From Podarcis vaucheri (taxonomy: Eukaryota), in NCBI GenBank assembly GCA_965113315.1, contig OZ220375.1: a stretch of 64,000 nucleotides of DNA; one strand, 5' to 3'. Shown here piece by piece: positions 36,665-49,909 of the stretch. Under the pieces are notes generated by a model that had not been told where the DNA came from, searched no databases, and saw only the letters and a program-made list of their open reading frames with translations. Made by a program: the position numbers and the translations under genes. Position 1 is the stretch's first letter; each line of letters opens with the position of its first letter.

Positions 36665-37660
36665 CATAGAGTTGAGACCCTGAGAGTCATCTAGTCCAAT
36701 GCAATAATTTCATCTAAAGCATCCATGACAGATGGCCATCCAGCCTCTGCTTTAAAACCTCCAAGGGGGGTCCACACCTTCCCAGGGAGTCTGTTCCACT
36801 GTCAAACAGCCCTAGCCATAATAAAGTTCTCCCTGGTGTCTAGTTAGAAACTCCTTTCTTGTAACTTGAAGCCATTCTCCGAAGCAGGAGAAAAGAAGCT
36901 TGCTCCATCTTCCATGTGACAGCCCTTTAGATCAGTGTTTCCCAACCGGTGTTCCGCGGCACACGAGTGTGCCGTGAGACATCGGCTGGTGTGCCGCGAG
37001 ATACCTGGAGGGAGGCGGGCGAGTCGGGCGGCGAGAGACGGGGCGGCGGCGGCGAGGAGAGGTCGCACCTCCTGCTGCTGCCTGGCGCTCCTCCTCGCAG
37101 CCGGCAGCGCTGCCTGGGCGCCTCCGCGCGACTCTGCCTCGCTGGGTTTGGTCTCCCAGCAGAGACGAGTCACACGCGCCCCTCCCTCCCTCCCTCAGCC
37201 TGCGCGGAGGGAGAGCCAGAGAGAGGCATCGCTCCTGCGCTCCTCCCGGCGTGACGCTGCGCGCTGACGTCACGGGGCGGGGCTTTAATGGTGGTGTGCC
37301 GCGAGATTTTTTTTCAGTAAACAGGTGTGCCGTTGCCCAAAAACGTTTGGGAAACACTGCTTTAGATATTTGAAGATGGCTAGCATCTCTCCTCCCAGTC
37401 TTCTCTTTTCCAGGCTAAGATCTCTAAATCCTTTTCATACGTACTATGAAGCCAGGTGTCTCCCATTTTATATCTGTGCAGATGTTTCTTCCTGCCTGTG
37501 TAGAGCCTTACATTTGTCCCTATTGAAATTCATTTTGTTAGTCTGAGCCCAGTTCTCCAATCTGTTAAGGTCATCTTGAATCCCAATTGTCTTCTGTAGC
37601 ATTAGCTACCCATCACAGTTTTGTGTCATGTGCAAATCAGATGAGCATCCTCTCAATTAA
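36665..37660 (-). mobile_element. CR1 LINE 3' fragment, interrupted by hAT MITE
   Basis: aatcatagagtt tail, gtcatctagtccaa, ctgttccactgtc, tcatgtgcaaatcagatgagcat; similar to the copy at 60462-60750. Confidence 0.75.
36933..37359. mobile_element. CpG-rich non-autonomous hAT element
   Basis: TIRs cagtgtttcccaa / ttgggaaacactg; 8-bp TSD CTTTAGAT (36925-36932, 37360-37367); subterminal gtgtgccg repeats. Confidence 0.92.
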
Positions 37661-40600
37661 TGTCACCCGGTGTGTTTTTCAAAGCAATAAGGAATATGTA
37701 CAAGGCTTGTAGCCTGTATTCAGAACAAGTTCCACATACTTTCACAAGTGTACATAACGTGCTCAAATTAGTTTGATGTATTGGTTTGCCTTGTTTAAAC
37801 AATTTGACTCTTTTGACTTGGTGTTGATATGACTGTATCCTACCACATCCCTTGTGTTGATGTTTTCATGTTGTTTTGTCAGCCAAGATAATTGTGGGAC
37901 ATATCAAAACAGCAGGGTTTATTTTATGCACTAGTCTGCAGTGAATAAATTTCATCTTGAGCTAGCTTTTATAAACAAATTTATATTTTAATAAGAAAAC
38001 CTGAAATGCTTTCAAGGGCTACAGCTACATTCAAGATTAGTAAGGAACTCATTATGCGTTGCACTTAGGCCAGCTTGCTGTTGTACTGTTTAATGTACCT
38101 ATCTATAGGTGCCCTATAAGTTAGGAAGGCTTTTTAGCAAAGTTGGTCATCTCCAAATAAGTTTGCACATCAGAATTGTTTGTACAGTTTGTGAATATTG
38201 CAAAGAGTAGCTGGGGAAGAAAAGGAGTGCACAGAGGGCTTAGATGAAGGCAGATGTTGCATGGGCACTTGTACTTGGAGACTAGATTTCCACATTACAT
38301 AAGGAACCTGCAAAAGTATATTATGCTTTTAATGTTGGCATTCCCAATTTTTTTCTGCCATTTCTTTTATAAATCATGCTTAGAGGAAGCCATGATGTAT
38401 TTTAATTGCGGATTAAAAAATCCTTTTTGCCTTTTTCAAATTTGGAGGAAGATCTTTCAGTAACTAGCATTTGGAAGAGGAAAGAAAATTGCAACAGCAC
38501 TGCTATTTGTATAGTCAATTCTAGCTTAGTCGTGCTCATTAATTTCAGTGGATCTACTCTGAGTAAAGCTTAGTTGAACACCCCTAGTGTTCAGGCACAG
38601 GAACTAGTGCTTAGTGCTTTTATTCTAAGCCATCTGTTCAGTGCTCTGTGGGCATTTGCTGTGCTGCGTGACGCTGATGAGAGCTATAGTCTGAGGCTAC
38701 CACACCCTGCACAATAAAGTGTATTTATTATTTTACTTATCTTAATTTTTGTAAACCTCATTGTAATTTAAAATGAATGTATATAAACTTACCTATTGAT
38801 GGAGGTTTATGTGAGCTTAGGCTAAATTTGCAATATCCCAAAGCAAAACCCAAAAGTGTTCTTAAGTAGGGGAAAGTTTTCTTCAGTGTCAATCTGAAAA
38901 AAAGACACCTGACGTATGAGATAGTAAACACCAAAATAGTACTGCAATACACCATCCTGGGGGTTGGTGTTGAAGGCAATGGAATGGCATTCTTGTTCTA
39001 TTTTTAGAGTCAGAGAGCAGACTTCTTTGTTTACAAAACATGGACAAATTGGATCACCCCAGGAAAAGCCTAGGCTGCTCCCCTTTTATTGAAAATGCTT
39101 CTTTGGGATTTATGTGATAAGTCCATGTGATTTATATGGAGCAATTCAGACATTACAAAGACACTTGGATCTTGAAGAGTTTTAGATCTGATTCACAGTG
39201 ATTAATAGGTTTATAGGTATCATTACTTCCCTGCGCTATGATACTGGATGTGGATTCTGTGCAAAACAATTACTGCATTTCTATCTAGTACACATTAAGT
39301 CTAACCTATTGACCTTGGCAGGCAAGATGGAAATGTGCTCTCAGATGAAGACAGTTTGCCTAGCAAAACACAGAGTTGAGCTGACTTCTATACCAAATAT
39401 AAGCAGATTTTTACTGATCTATGCTTAAGATGTGCTGAACTAGGAAGACAGGCTGCACGTTTTGTGACAAGGTTGAGTTGAAGAGCCTCCTGAGATGCAT
39501 ATGCAAGAAGGGTCTACTTTAGAACAAAGGCAGAGAAAACAGGTGCCTGTTTGTGTGGTCTCTCCTGATACTTTTTCCTATCTATTTCCCCACCCTGTAC
39601 CTTATATATGTGTTCATTCTAGCACTAAGCTACACAACACAAATTCCTGATTTCCCACTGGGTGCTTTTCATCCTGTGCTCAACAATGCATACCAAAATA
39701 TCTCTCCTTCCGTCACAGCTTTCACCAAATGCAAACAGATTAAAAAATACGATAGGAGAAAGATGTTTACAGAGAAATCTTGGAGATGTTCAGGATAGTT
39801 TAGACTCATCTTTAAAAAGATTGGTGGGATCCCAGATCTCAGGATGGTTGGAAGACCTATCAGGACAGCCTGCTCCAGGAGACTGGTGGATCCTAAATGA
39901 TTTTTCGATGGCTTTTGGGAAGAGTTTCCTTTCACCCAAACTGGGCAATCCTGCTGAAGGCCTCATGAGGCTAGGGGCTTGATGCACCCCTTCCTCTCTT
40001 TGGGGAGCTGAGCTGGCCTCTTCATTTGTGAAGTTGGAAGGAGTGAACCAATGGGGTGACTCGTAAAGTGGTAGTAATAGTAGACTTGCATTTAATCTAA
40101 TCAACAGCTTAGATACTGTACTATAGACTATTAGTGTGCCTAGTACAGTCTACTCTGTGGCCACACTATTCCATCACTATTTTGCCAACTGTTCTGGCAC
40201 TTTATCGCAGTCAAAGGGCTGTTAAAGCTTGATTCTTCTACAGATAGGAGGCAACTTGGTAGCTGGCTGTGACCAATATTCCGGACCCTTCGTGGGCAGA
40301 AATGTCTTTACCCATTCTGACTTAGATCCTACAGTTAAGGCAGAGTCAACAGAGGAATTTTGGTATCTGCTTGTTTTGAATACTTTCCCATTTGTACAGC
40401 CTTTGGATGTGGACATGATTATTTTTTTTAACCTCCTTTTTGTTTTATGTTGGTTTTAATATATGTGTCATATATTGTTGTAAGTTGTTTTGAGTTACTT
40501 TTGTTAAAAAAGAAAAAAAAAACCATTAATAAGATACATAGAATTGGAGAACTGAGGTCAAGCCCTTGTATGCTTCATCTTTGGCCTTCTTCACTAACAA

Positions 40601-42687
40601 GAGGTTCTAGAGGGGAACTTTAGAATTGCATGATGGGAGTGGTAAAAGCCTCCTGCAGGTAGGTGTGGTCCCAGAAAACTTAAAAAGAGGTGTTGGCTGG
40701 GAGGAATAAAGCACCTTTGGAAACCTTACCTTTAATCCCCAGTTTACTGGAGATTTCCCATTCGAACTCCAATGTTCTTTTTTGTACAAGATGGCTTCTC
40801 AGTTCCAGGATGTTCTGGATGTAGGTGAGAATCCAGAAACGATTATAACGGTTCCGAGTAGTCTTTCCAAGCACAACATGGAAAGCGCCACTGAGAATTG
40901 AGACCTCTAAAATACTGCTTTGGATGACTGGAAGCAGGATGAAAGTGCCCAGTGAGCAGCTGTAAGTTCAAGTTCAGGGGCCTGGAAGAGGTACCACCAT
41001 CAGATAAAACAATGCTTGTTGTCTGAGAGGCTTACCCTGCAACCTGTTCAGCCATTGCAGGTTGCAGTTCTAAATGCTGAACTTTCATTTGCCTGGTGGC
41101 TGAGAGGATGACAGGCACTTTGACATTGAGTCTGATTTTCAGCAAACTGCACAGGGATAAACTAGGAAGATACTGCCCCACCTACAGCCCACAAGAAACC
41201 CTGAATACCATTTGCCTCTAGTCAGATTGTATTCCTTCCCACAATGTCATTAATGCTTGTAACTCAATAACCACTAATTCAATTTTATCTGTACCTTTTG
41301 TGCATGTTGTACACTTGCTAGCTTGTGTATGCCATTCAAAGGTTCAGAAATGCTTTGTTTAAATACCTTAGTATTCCTTTCCCTGTACTGCATAGATCAC
41401 TATTTAAGCGAAATGGTTCAATGTGTCACAATTGTGCTGTGATTGTAATTATTTTTTAATAGAACATTCAAAGCAAGGAATATTACACATCCAAATTCTG
41501 TGATGGTATTCATCATATCCAAATGAAGCTCTGAAAATTCAGTGCATATTTTTGAGGGCTGGGTAGACATAAGCGAATTTGATGAAATTTCATCAGAAGT
41601 TTCACTCTTGCTGTGAATGCATGCTTTAAGAAAATATTTCTGGAAAAAATGAATCTTTTCCACAGTATGGTTTCAGTCTCCATGTTGTTTCAGATACCTT
41701 TGATCTGTTGCAACATTTAGAAAAGATCCTTTTAGAAAAAAATCAACCCTTTCAATGCACATTGACTATTTCTGTTGTTTCAGTTTTTGTGGACATAAAC
41801 CTTAAGTTTTACATCAGAAAAAGGTATTTAATTCTGTTTCTGGTTTTTTATATTTTCTCTGTAGCATATCTTATTTGATTATACCTCTGTCTGCTCACCC
41901 CTTTCTCCCTGTCTCACTTAAGCATCTTCCGTTCCCATTGCTTTCCCACCTCCTTCCTCTGGAGGTGTGATAAAGAGTAAGTGCATGCTGTGGAAATGCA
42001 ATAAGGATAATGTTGACTATAACCACATGTGGTGATCTTGCTGGACATTTTAAATCTTTTTATATAAAAATGCTTGCAAGTATAAAAGAAATGTCTTTTT
42101 CATTACCTTTTGAACAACTGATTATATTTTTAAATTCTTAAAATATTTGAACAGAAAGGTTAAATATATAGAACAGATTTATTATGAATAACTACAGCAG
42201 TTGGAATCTCATCTAACTTAAAATGAAAATGAATTCCTAAAGTTGAGACTCTGGAATATAGGTATGCTTAAAATAACAACTATGTTATAAACAAGGGACG
42301 AGAGAGGTATATTTTTTCTAAAGCTTTTGGAAACTCAGATTACAAAAATATGTCATCCAATCTACTTTTCCTGTTATATGATGATCCTTGTTACTTTTCT
42401 TTGAATTTCATAAAATCAATCAAAGAAAAAGTATGCATGCCTTTGGCGGGAGATTTTGCTACAACGCGTGCTTTGACTTCACAGTTTCTGGTGGAAAACT
42501 CTCCTTCTCCTGTGCTTGAATGATTAAACTTTTAGACAGCTTTTCAAACTGCATTTCTTCTCCAGTTGGGTTCCAGTGTGTCGTCTGTCTCACTTTTTCT
42601 GCATATCTTGGGGAGACATTCTTTTTCAAGTTGAAATAAATTCCAGCCCCAAACACTCTGTGCACTTCTTTAATTTTGTCCTCACAG

Positions 42688-42769
42688 GTACAAATTGTTT
42701 ACAAGCCAGTGGATCTCAGCCACATAACGTCTAAATGTGGTTCCTTGGACAACATTCATCATAAACCAG
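42688..42769 (+). CDS. MAPT: Tau exon 11 (repeat R3)
   Basis: 82 nt; [27 protein letters not shown]. Confidence 0.98.
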
Positions 42770-42988
42770 GTGATGGTGACTATATATGTTTTTTTAAAAA
42801 ACAACAGTTTCTTACTGGACTTCTAAAGGGGGTGGGACCCAATAGCTTTTTTATTCTGCTTTTTTGCAGACATTGACAAAGGAAAGGGGAAAGGAGGGAA
42901 AGAAGGACAATGATAGGTAGAAGAAGAAGTAATTACAACTGCGAAATGAAAAAAAGATAGTCTGCATCCCATGTAATGGTTGCCTCTA

Positions 42989-43134
42989 CAGTGGTAGCTC
43001 TAGTTACGTTCACCTCCAGTTACATATCCTTCGGGATACGTGCGCAGCAAACCCAGTATTTTTCTGGGTTTCATCGTGCGCATGCGCAGAAGTGGCTCTG
43101 GAACAGATCCCATGTGCCACCGGAGGTACCACTG
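42989..43134. mobile_element. Short Tc1/mariner (Tigger-like) MITE
   Basis: TA-flanked TIRs cagtggtagctc / gaggtaccactg. Confidence 0.8.
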
Positions 43135-43330
43135 TACTAAGTTCTGTCTGAGAGAGAGAAATGTTTGCAAAATATTGGAATTGATCACCTACATGATTTT
43201 TGTCAACTATTGGTTCACAGGGTTATTCTAGAAAAGCCTAGATGCATGACCAAGATAACATAGTTGCATAACTTTTTAGGTTATTATAAACTTAATATAT
43301 TAATGATTAATGGGTTAGTACTTAATAATA

Positions 43331-43684
43331 GGGATGTGGGTGGCGCTGTGGGTTAAACCACAGAGCCTAGGACTTGCCGATCAGAAAGTCGGCGATTCGA
43401 ATCCCCGTGATGGGGTGAGCTCCCGTTGCTCGGTCCCTGCTCCTGCCAACCTAGCAGTTTGAAAGCACGCCAGTGCAAGTAGATAAATAGGTACCGCTCT
43501 GGCGGGAAGGTAAACGGCGTTTCCGTGCACTGCTCTGGTTCGCCAGAAGTGGCTTAGTCATGCTGGCCACATGACCCGGAATCTGTACGCTGGCTTCCTT
43601 GGCCAATAAAGCGAGATGAGCGCTGCAACCCCAGAGTCGGTCACGACTGGACCTAATGGTCAGGGGTCCCTTTACTTTTACCTT
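43331..43684 (+). mobile_element. Full-length Sauria SINE
   Basis: tRNA-like head (ggtggcgctgtgg, ttcgaatccc), body, ccctttactttacctt tail; flanking duplication acttaataat. Confidence 0.92.
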
Positions 43685-44669
43685 ACTTAATAATTTCATG
43701 TGAATGCCTCCAAAAGCCCTCCTACAGAGGCAAACATGCTTTATCAGATCTTTGATCTCTGGAAGCCCTTCCTAGGCATGGTTCATGGACTTGAGTCCTC
43801 TCCCTGTATACATTCTGCTGTAAATTTGCTTTGGGGGGGGGGAACGTTGAAGAAGTCTGGATGCCACAGCAGATGCATACAGGCCTATTGGGGGCAACCA
43901 TCTAACACACACGTTAGTACATACATTTGTGCTCTCTGAGCTATTTTGTCCAACCGGCTGGTACAGAAGCCAGTTGGCAGCAGGCACAGTCTACCTGCAA
44001 ATGTAATTGATAAGGCCTTTTGTTGCTTCCTTTGGTCCTATGGATGGAGGCCATGAAAGAGAAAGGGAGGGAGGGAGGGAGAGAAAAGGGGACTCTTCTT
44101 AAAGAGTGGGTCTCATCAGACTGTTGATGGTATTTATCACCTTGGTATATTAGGTACATATAAGCTTGCTAGCATCTAATTTAAAGTACACCCTATAGTG
44201 GCATGTTCAACTGTTGCCATTTACTTTCTATACAACTGAGTTGCATAGTCAAGTGAGCAAGCCACATACTGGGCACAGGTGGCAAACAAAACTCCTACCT
44301 GACAATATTTCTTCTCTATAGCAGTATCTTACACACTGAGCATCCACCAAGTTGATCCAAGATAATTTTTTCTCAAGCTCATCCAACCCAACATCCTTTT
44401 CTTTTCTTTTAGCTCTTGCCTGCTAGTATTTCATTATTTTTTCACTATTTTGCAATTCATTCAGCTGGCATTATTCTGAACCAACTGCTTCCACTTCTAA
44501 TGCTGAAAGGGAGCATGGACACGTAGTAAAACTTGATCAGTTTTATGAGATCAAAGTATATTTGCAAATTGTGTGGAACTTGCCTTCTGCTGTGTGAACT
44601 TGCTGGGTTTGTTTTTTGCTTTCTAGGCTGTAGAATGTATTATTTACTTGCGCTAAACTCTGAGGATAA

Positions 44670-44906
<237 letters not shown>

Positions 44907-45883
44907 TGAGGGGAAAATCTCATCAAGGTAATAACAGGTAGCAGCATCTTTCTCAAGCCCTGCTCCCCATCAGTCTCTGATGTTGCTGCTTTGAACCTTG
45001 TTTTTTAAGTCCCCTGTTTTCCCCATGCATTTTCTGTATGCTTCTCTAATGCCTACTAAATGCCTATTACGTTTGCCAGACTAACAGCAAAGGGTAATTG
45101 CTTAGCATCATTCTCCACTTTGTTCCAAAAAAGGGAGCTGCCTCAGAGACTAAACTATGTGTTACATGCAAAATCACATATTGGAGCTGTGATGCTGATC
45201 TTCCCCTCTCCAAGCTGAGGTGATTGAGAGCAGAAAAATAGTGTGGGAAGGAGTGTTCAACCCTTTTCCCCACACTGAACACGCCCCTCCCCCCCGGAGG
45301 TTTAAAGCATGTTTGTACATAACATGTGTTTAGTTCCTTAGCAGCTGCCCACAATGATGGCTGAAGTGGGGTAGGACTTGCCCTTCAGAAGAATTCTGTC
45401 CTTCCATACTCTCCAAGAGGCACCTGGGGGTGCGTACAGACATACCTAAAAACAAAGCTTGTGGGCTCTGAAAGCATTGCCATCATGTTATTGCCAGACA
45501 AACCTGTTGCTGAGTTTGGAGAAAAGAGAGTTGAAGCAAAAACTGACTCACTGCAGTGTCTTGTGCCGAGCCCTGCTGAATCTAGTCCTGCATTGCATTC
45601 CCATAGTGGCCGACCAGGTGCCCGTGGGAAGCTGCAAGCAGGCCCTGAATACAACCATTCTCCCAACTTGTGATTCCTGGCTAAACTAAATGAGAAAGGG
45701 AAGTTGGGTGTTCCCGCTTGTTAATTGGTGGGTTGGTGGGCAGACTTACTGGTGTGGCGGTCAGGCAAGCACAGTGTGGGGGGTGGGGAGGTGATGTGTG
45801 CATGGGGCAGCAGCATGTTACATCACTTTTCTCACTCCTAGTTCCTTTTGTCATGCTTTGGTGTTTCCAGCTTTTCCTCAAGT

Positions 45884-45970
45884 GAGCATGCCTGTTGCTA
45901 GACTGTTTCTTTAATGAGTGCGTTTAATGAGCCTGCCTGTTGATAGACTGTTTCTTTAATGAGTGCATTT
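45884..45970. repeat. 45-bp tandem duplication
   Basis: gagc(a/c)tgcctgttg(c/a)tagactgtttctttaatgagtgc twice, units starting 45884 and 45929. Confidence 0.9.
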
Positions 45971-48900
45971 GCTATCTGCCAAGATCTTGGAAGGAAATTC
46001 TTCTCCAACTAGGGATATAAGTTAGGTTGGCCTTGCCTTTGGAGATACAGGAGAAGTTAGTCTTTCTAGCCAGCGATCCTACTGATTAAACAGAGGGAGC
46101 TTCACGGTAAGTTCAGTTTCCCCTTTAATCACACAGCTATATATCATTGGTGCTTTACATAATTTTTCAAAAAAAGCAGAAAGTCTAAAGCATGGGGAAG
46201 GGGCAGCAAGGAATGCGGTGTTTACAATGGAGGTAAGTATGCCTGTTGATTTGCAGCATAAAGGAGGGGGAAACCAGGCTCACATCACTGGAGAAATTAA
46301 CATGTCGGCTGCCATTTTTAGGTACGTCTGTATGCGCCCAGAGGGAGGCAAAGGTTTCAAATGGAGCAAGGAGGAGGAGGGGTCTTTGCTTGCTTGGCTA
46401 TGTTTGCTACTACAGTCAAGACTGATGTCTGATGCTGTGGTCTAGATATCATTTTCATAAGGTACACTTGAGGCCTTTTTAAAATTTCACAAAGCCCCTG
46501 CTTTGCTCTAAGAAGGCCTCTCTCAACTTTTTTTTGTTTAAAAAGAAAGGACCCATTGCCATTACCTGCTCACATATTGCTGATATCCAGGTTGCTGAGA
46601 TATTTAATGTAGCAGAGCAGCCTATTCTGTTGGTCCCTCCATAGGATGCAAATACTGCCAACTGGAGTGGTCCTCCCAGAAAGACTGGTAAAATGATGAA
46701 TCAGCACAGTAATTCTGTTAAGGCGGACCTTCCCCATTGAGGTCATATAATATAGTTAGAAGTTAATTGCACAATTAGCTGTTTTCCTTGGACCAGGCTT
46801 GCCTGCTTACTGTGCATCTGGGAATATCAAATCCCTAAATCATTCCACTTCAGAATAGGATTGCCAGCTTTTCAGCTGGCCTATATATATTTGTGCCTTT
46901 AATAGTGGCTTAATGTACAAACATTAACAGGTGGTGATATTCATTTCCATGCTATGAAAAGGTTTGCCCGCTGCTTTCTGTGTATCAAGCTGCTGTTAAA
47001 AGCACAAGAGCAGTCTAGACTGGGTTATTTTTCCTCATAAATTGGCAACCCAGTTCAGGCAGCTTATGCACAAAAGGCCCTGGAGCTATCAGCAGGGATG
47101 CATCATAGGTTTTGAAACCCCATTTGGAGAGTGATTCACGTATACCAGTTAATTCTGTTTGTTTGTTTGTATTTGCCTCATCTGTTGTGCCTGTCTTGGG
47201 GAGGGAGGCTCTACTCACATGCATTTCAGCCCCTTCCTCTCAGACGCATCTCATTTTAGTAGCCTTAGAAACCTTTCTAGCTCTCATTGGCTCCTTCCAG
47301 TGAATGTGCTGGCTTCTGATGGAGGAACTTCTCCGCTTCCTTATCCTTCTCTCAGTGTCATTCACACATCTGAGCATCCACCTCTTTTCACTCCCCCTCT
47401 CCCCCTCTCCCTTCTTTTTCTGCATTTCCTGGACCACAGTTGGGCTTTTGTAGCGTATCAGAGAAGGAAACCCTTGCAGGCACTGTGAGCATAAGTATGA
47501 CTTTGACCCACTTGGATGGACCTATGCTCCAGGCACAGGAAGAGGAGTCCATGAATGGCAAGCAGCGTAATGAACATAGTTAAAGAGGGCAGAGAATTCA
47601 TGAGAGTGAGAAGGTTTAATGTCAGGAATAGCACTGTTCTCTCCCCCACTGATTCCCCTCCCCAAGAGACAAGTTTAAACTTTGGAATAGTTCCATTAAT
47701 TATATTAGCTATCTGCTCAGGCTTGGTGACCATTCTGTAGTTGTGCCCTGAGACAGCCAGGGCATCTAGAAGGAATCCTTTCCTGTGATAACGAATTCTG
47801 CTAATGAAGTGTGAGCATCTGTTTTTCTTGTGAACAGTAAAAAATATGGAAAACACTACAGAGGTCCTCTGCTTTAGTAGCATCCCTGCACCAGCCATCA
47901 CCAAGCTATATAACTTCATCTCACAATAAGTTGTTGCTTTAAGCAAAAAACCCTGCTGTCGCCACCTGATAAGAAAGAGGAGGGGGATGTAGACTCTAGA
48001 TACCCACGCCTCTAAAGACTTCTGCTTCTACAACTGTGGAATGGGGGTCTGCATAAGACCCTAGCTACCCCTGATCATTTGCTGGTGTCCCTGGGATTGC
48101 TTAGGGGTCTGGGAAGACTCCTGGCTATCTCTAATGTAGAGGCCCAAAGGCTGTAAATGGAGCTCTTTTTCCTCCGCAGAGCCCTTAGACTTAAGCAGGG
48201 AGTTGAGTAGTGCAAGCTCCATCCACCTCCTCCGCACTTCTGGCTAATGAGAGAGGAGATCCAGAGGATAAAGGTGTCAAAGTTAAGGCCTTCTAAGAAG
48301 ATCTATTTTTTTTATTTAAGAAGGCACCTATGGCGACAGCAGTAGCATACAAAGGCAAGAAGTAACCCTGCTTTTTTGTGAAGGCAGAGTTAAGATTGGA
48401 AATTGGACAAAGCTTTCTTCCCCACTAGAATTAATTTTTGGTAAAAATCATTTGACCCTGCTTTCCAGAAGAGGAGTTAACCCCTGCCTGTATGTTCCAC
48501 TCCTCTGTCGACTGACAATGGCAAAATTCACCAGCCATCTGTTGAGTGGTATGAGACACCATCTTTATTCGCTAGCTCTTGCATTCTCCATCTCTGGCTC
48601 CTGTACCTTCTTCTGCACACTGCAGTTATATTCCTGATGCTCTGTCCTCCTCCAATTCTTTATGTCCCTCCCTCCCCATTGAAGATTTTTGGTTTCATGT
48701 CATCTTATTTGACGATGCTATTTTGCATCCCACTGACCTTCTCCACCCACATGCAGAGAGAGAAGGGCAAGGAAGACACGAACGGTGCTCAAAACTGCCC
48801 CAATAAGACTGGGCCTCCTTCCCCCATCACGGAGCCCTCCATCCCTGAGGAGAGCCCACTCCCCGACTTGCACCCATGTGATGCCAGTAAGTAGTTACCT

Positions 48901-49606
48901 GTTCTCATGAGCTTTGTGAGAGCTAGATGGGAATCAGATACCCAGAGCTTGGAGGGCGTGGGGTGGGAAGGCATCATACTAGTTTTCTCTGATTTTGTTA
49001 GACTGAAAACCTGATGTTGTGTACTAACCCTAGCAGCTTAATGTGGAAAAAAACCCTGTACTTTAAAAATATTTTGGACTATCAGACCTCTATCACCATC
49101 TCACCTTTCTGTAATCTATTGGCTGCTGGGATCTTTCATCTGGCATGGTTTCAAGATAAGGGATGCCCAGTTTGATAGGAGACTCGACTTCTTTGCCTGA
49201 AAACATTCATAAATGTATTTGGATAGGTCACCTTTTCATAACATGGTAGTACAATTCTGGGAGAAGCTGCTTTTGAAAGAAGTTGACATTTTTGTATGTT
49301 CCATTTCATAGGCTCATAGCACACAGTTTGCATACAACTTCTGTCTATAGGTTGTATGAAGCAATGTAGGATTCCTAGATCAAGGAAACATGGCTATCAT
49401 TATTTTTTTTAATTAAAAAAAATGTCAGCCAAGCAAATGAGTGGGACTGCCCTTATAACAGCACACTAAAAACTGAGAGCCTGGATTGTCCTAATTCTGA
49501 GCATACACCAGTGTTTTGCCAAAGCGGCGGCGATGGGGAGAAGAGGAGCTGCAGCTGAATGAACCACTTTGGCATACCAGTCAAACGCTAGTGAAGGTAT
49601 AGCTGA

Positions 49607-49909
<303 letters not shown>

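Noticed and set aside
36844-37357. Four overlapping Arg/Ala-rich ORFs on both strands
   Set aside because: Artefact of the high GC content of the hAT MITE; no recognisable protein
39550-41100. Cluster of 60-106 aa ORFs in intron 10
   Set aside because: No splice-consistent tau repeat; probably a very decayed retroelement that I cannot assign
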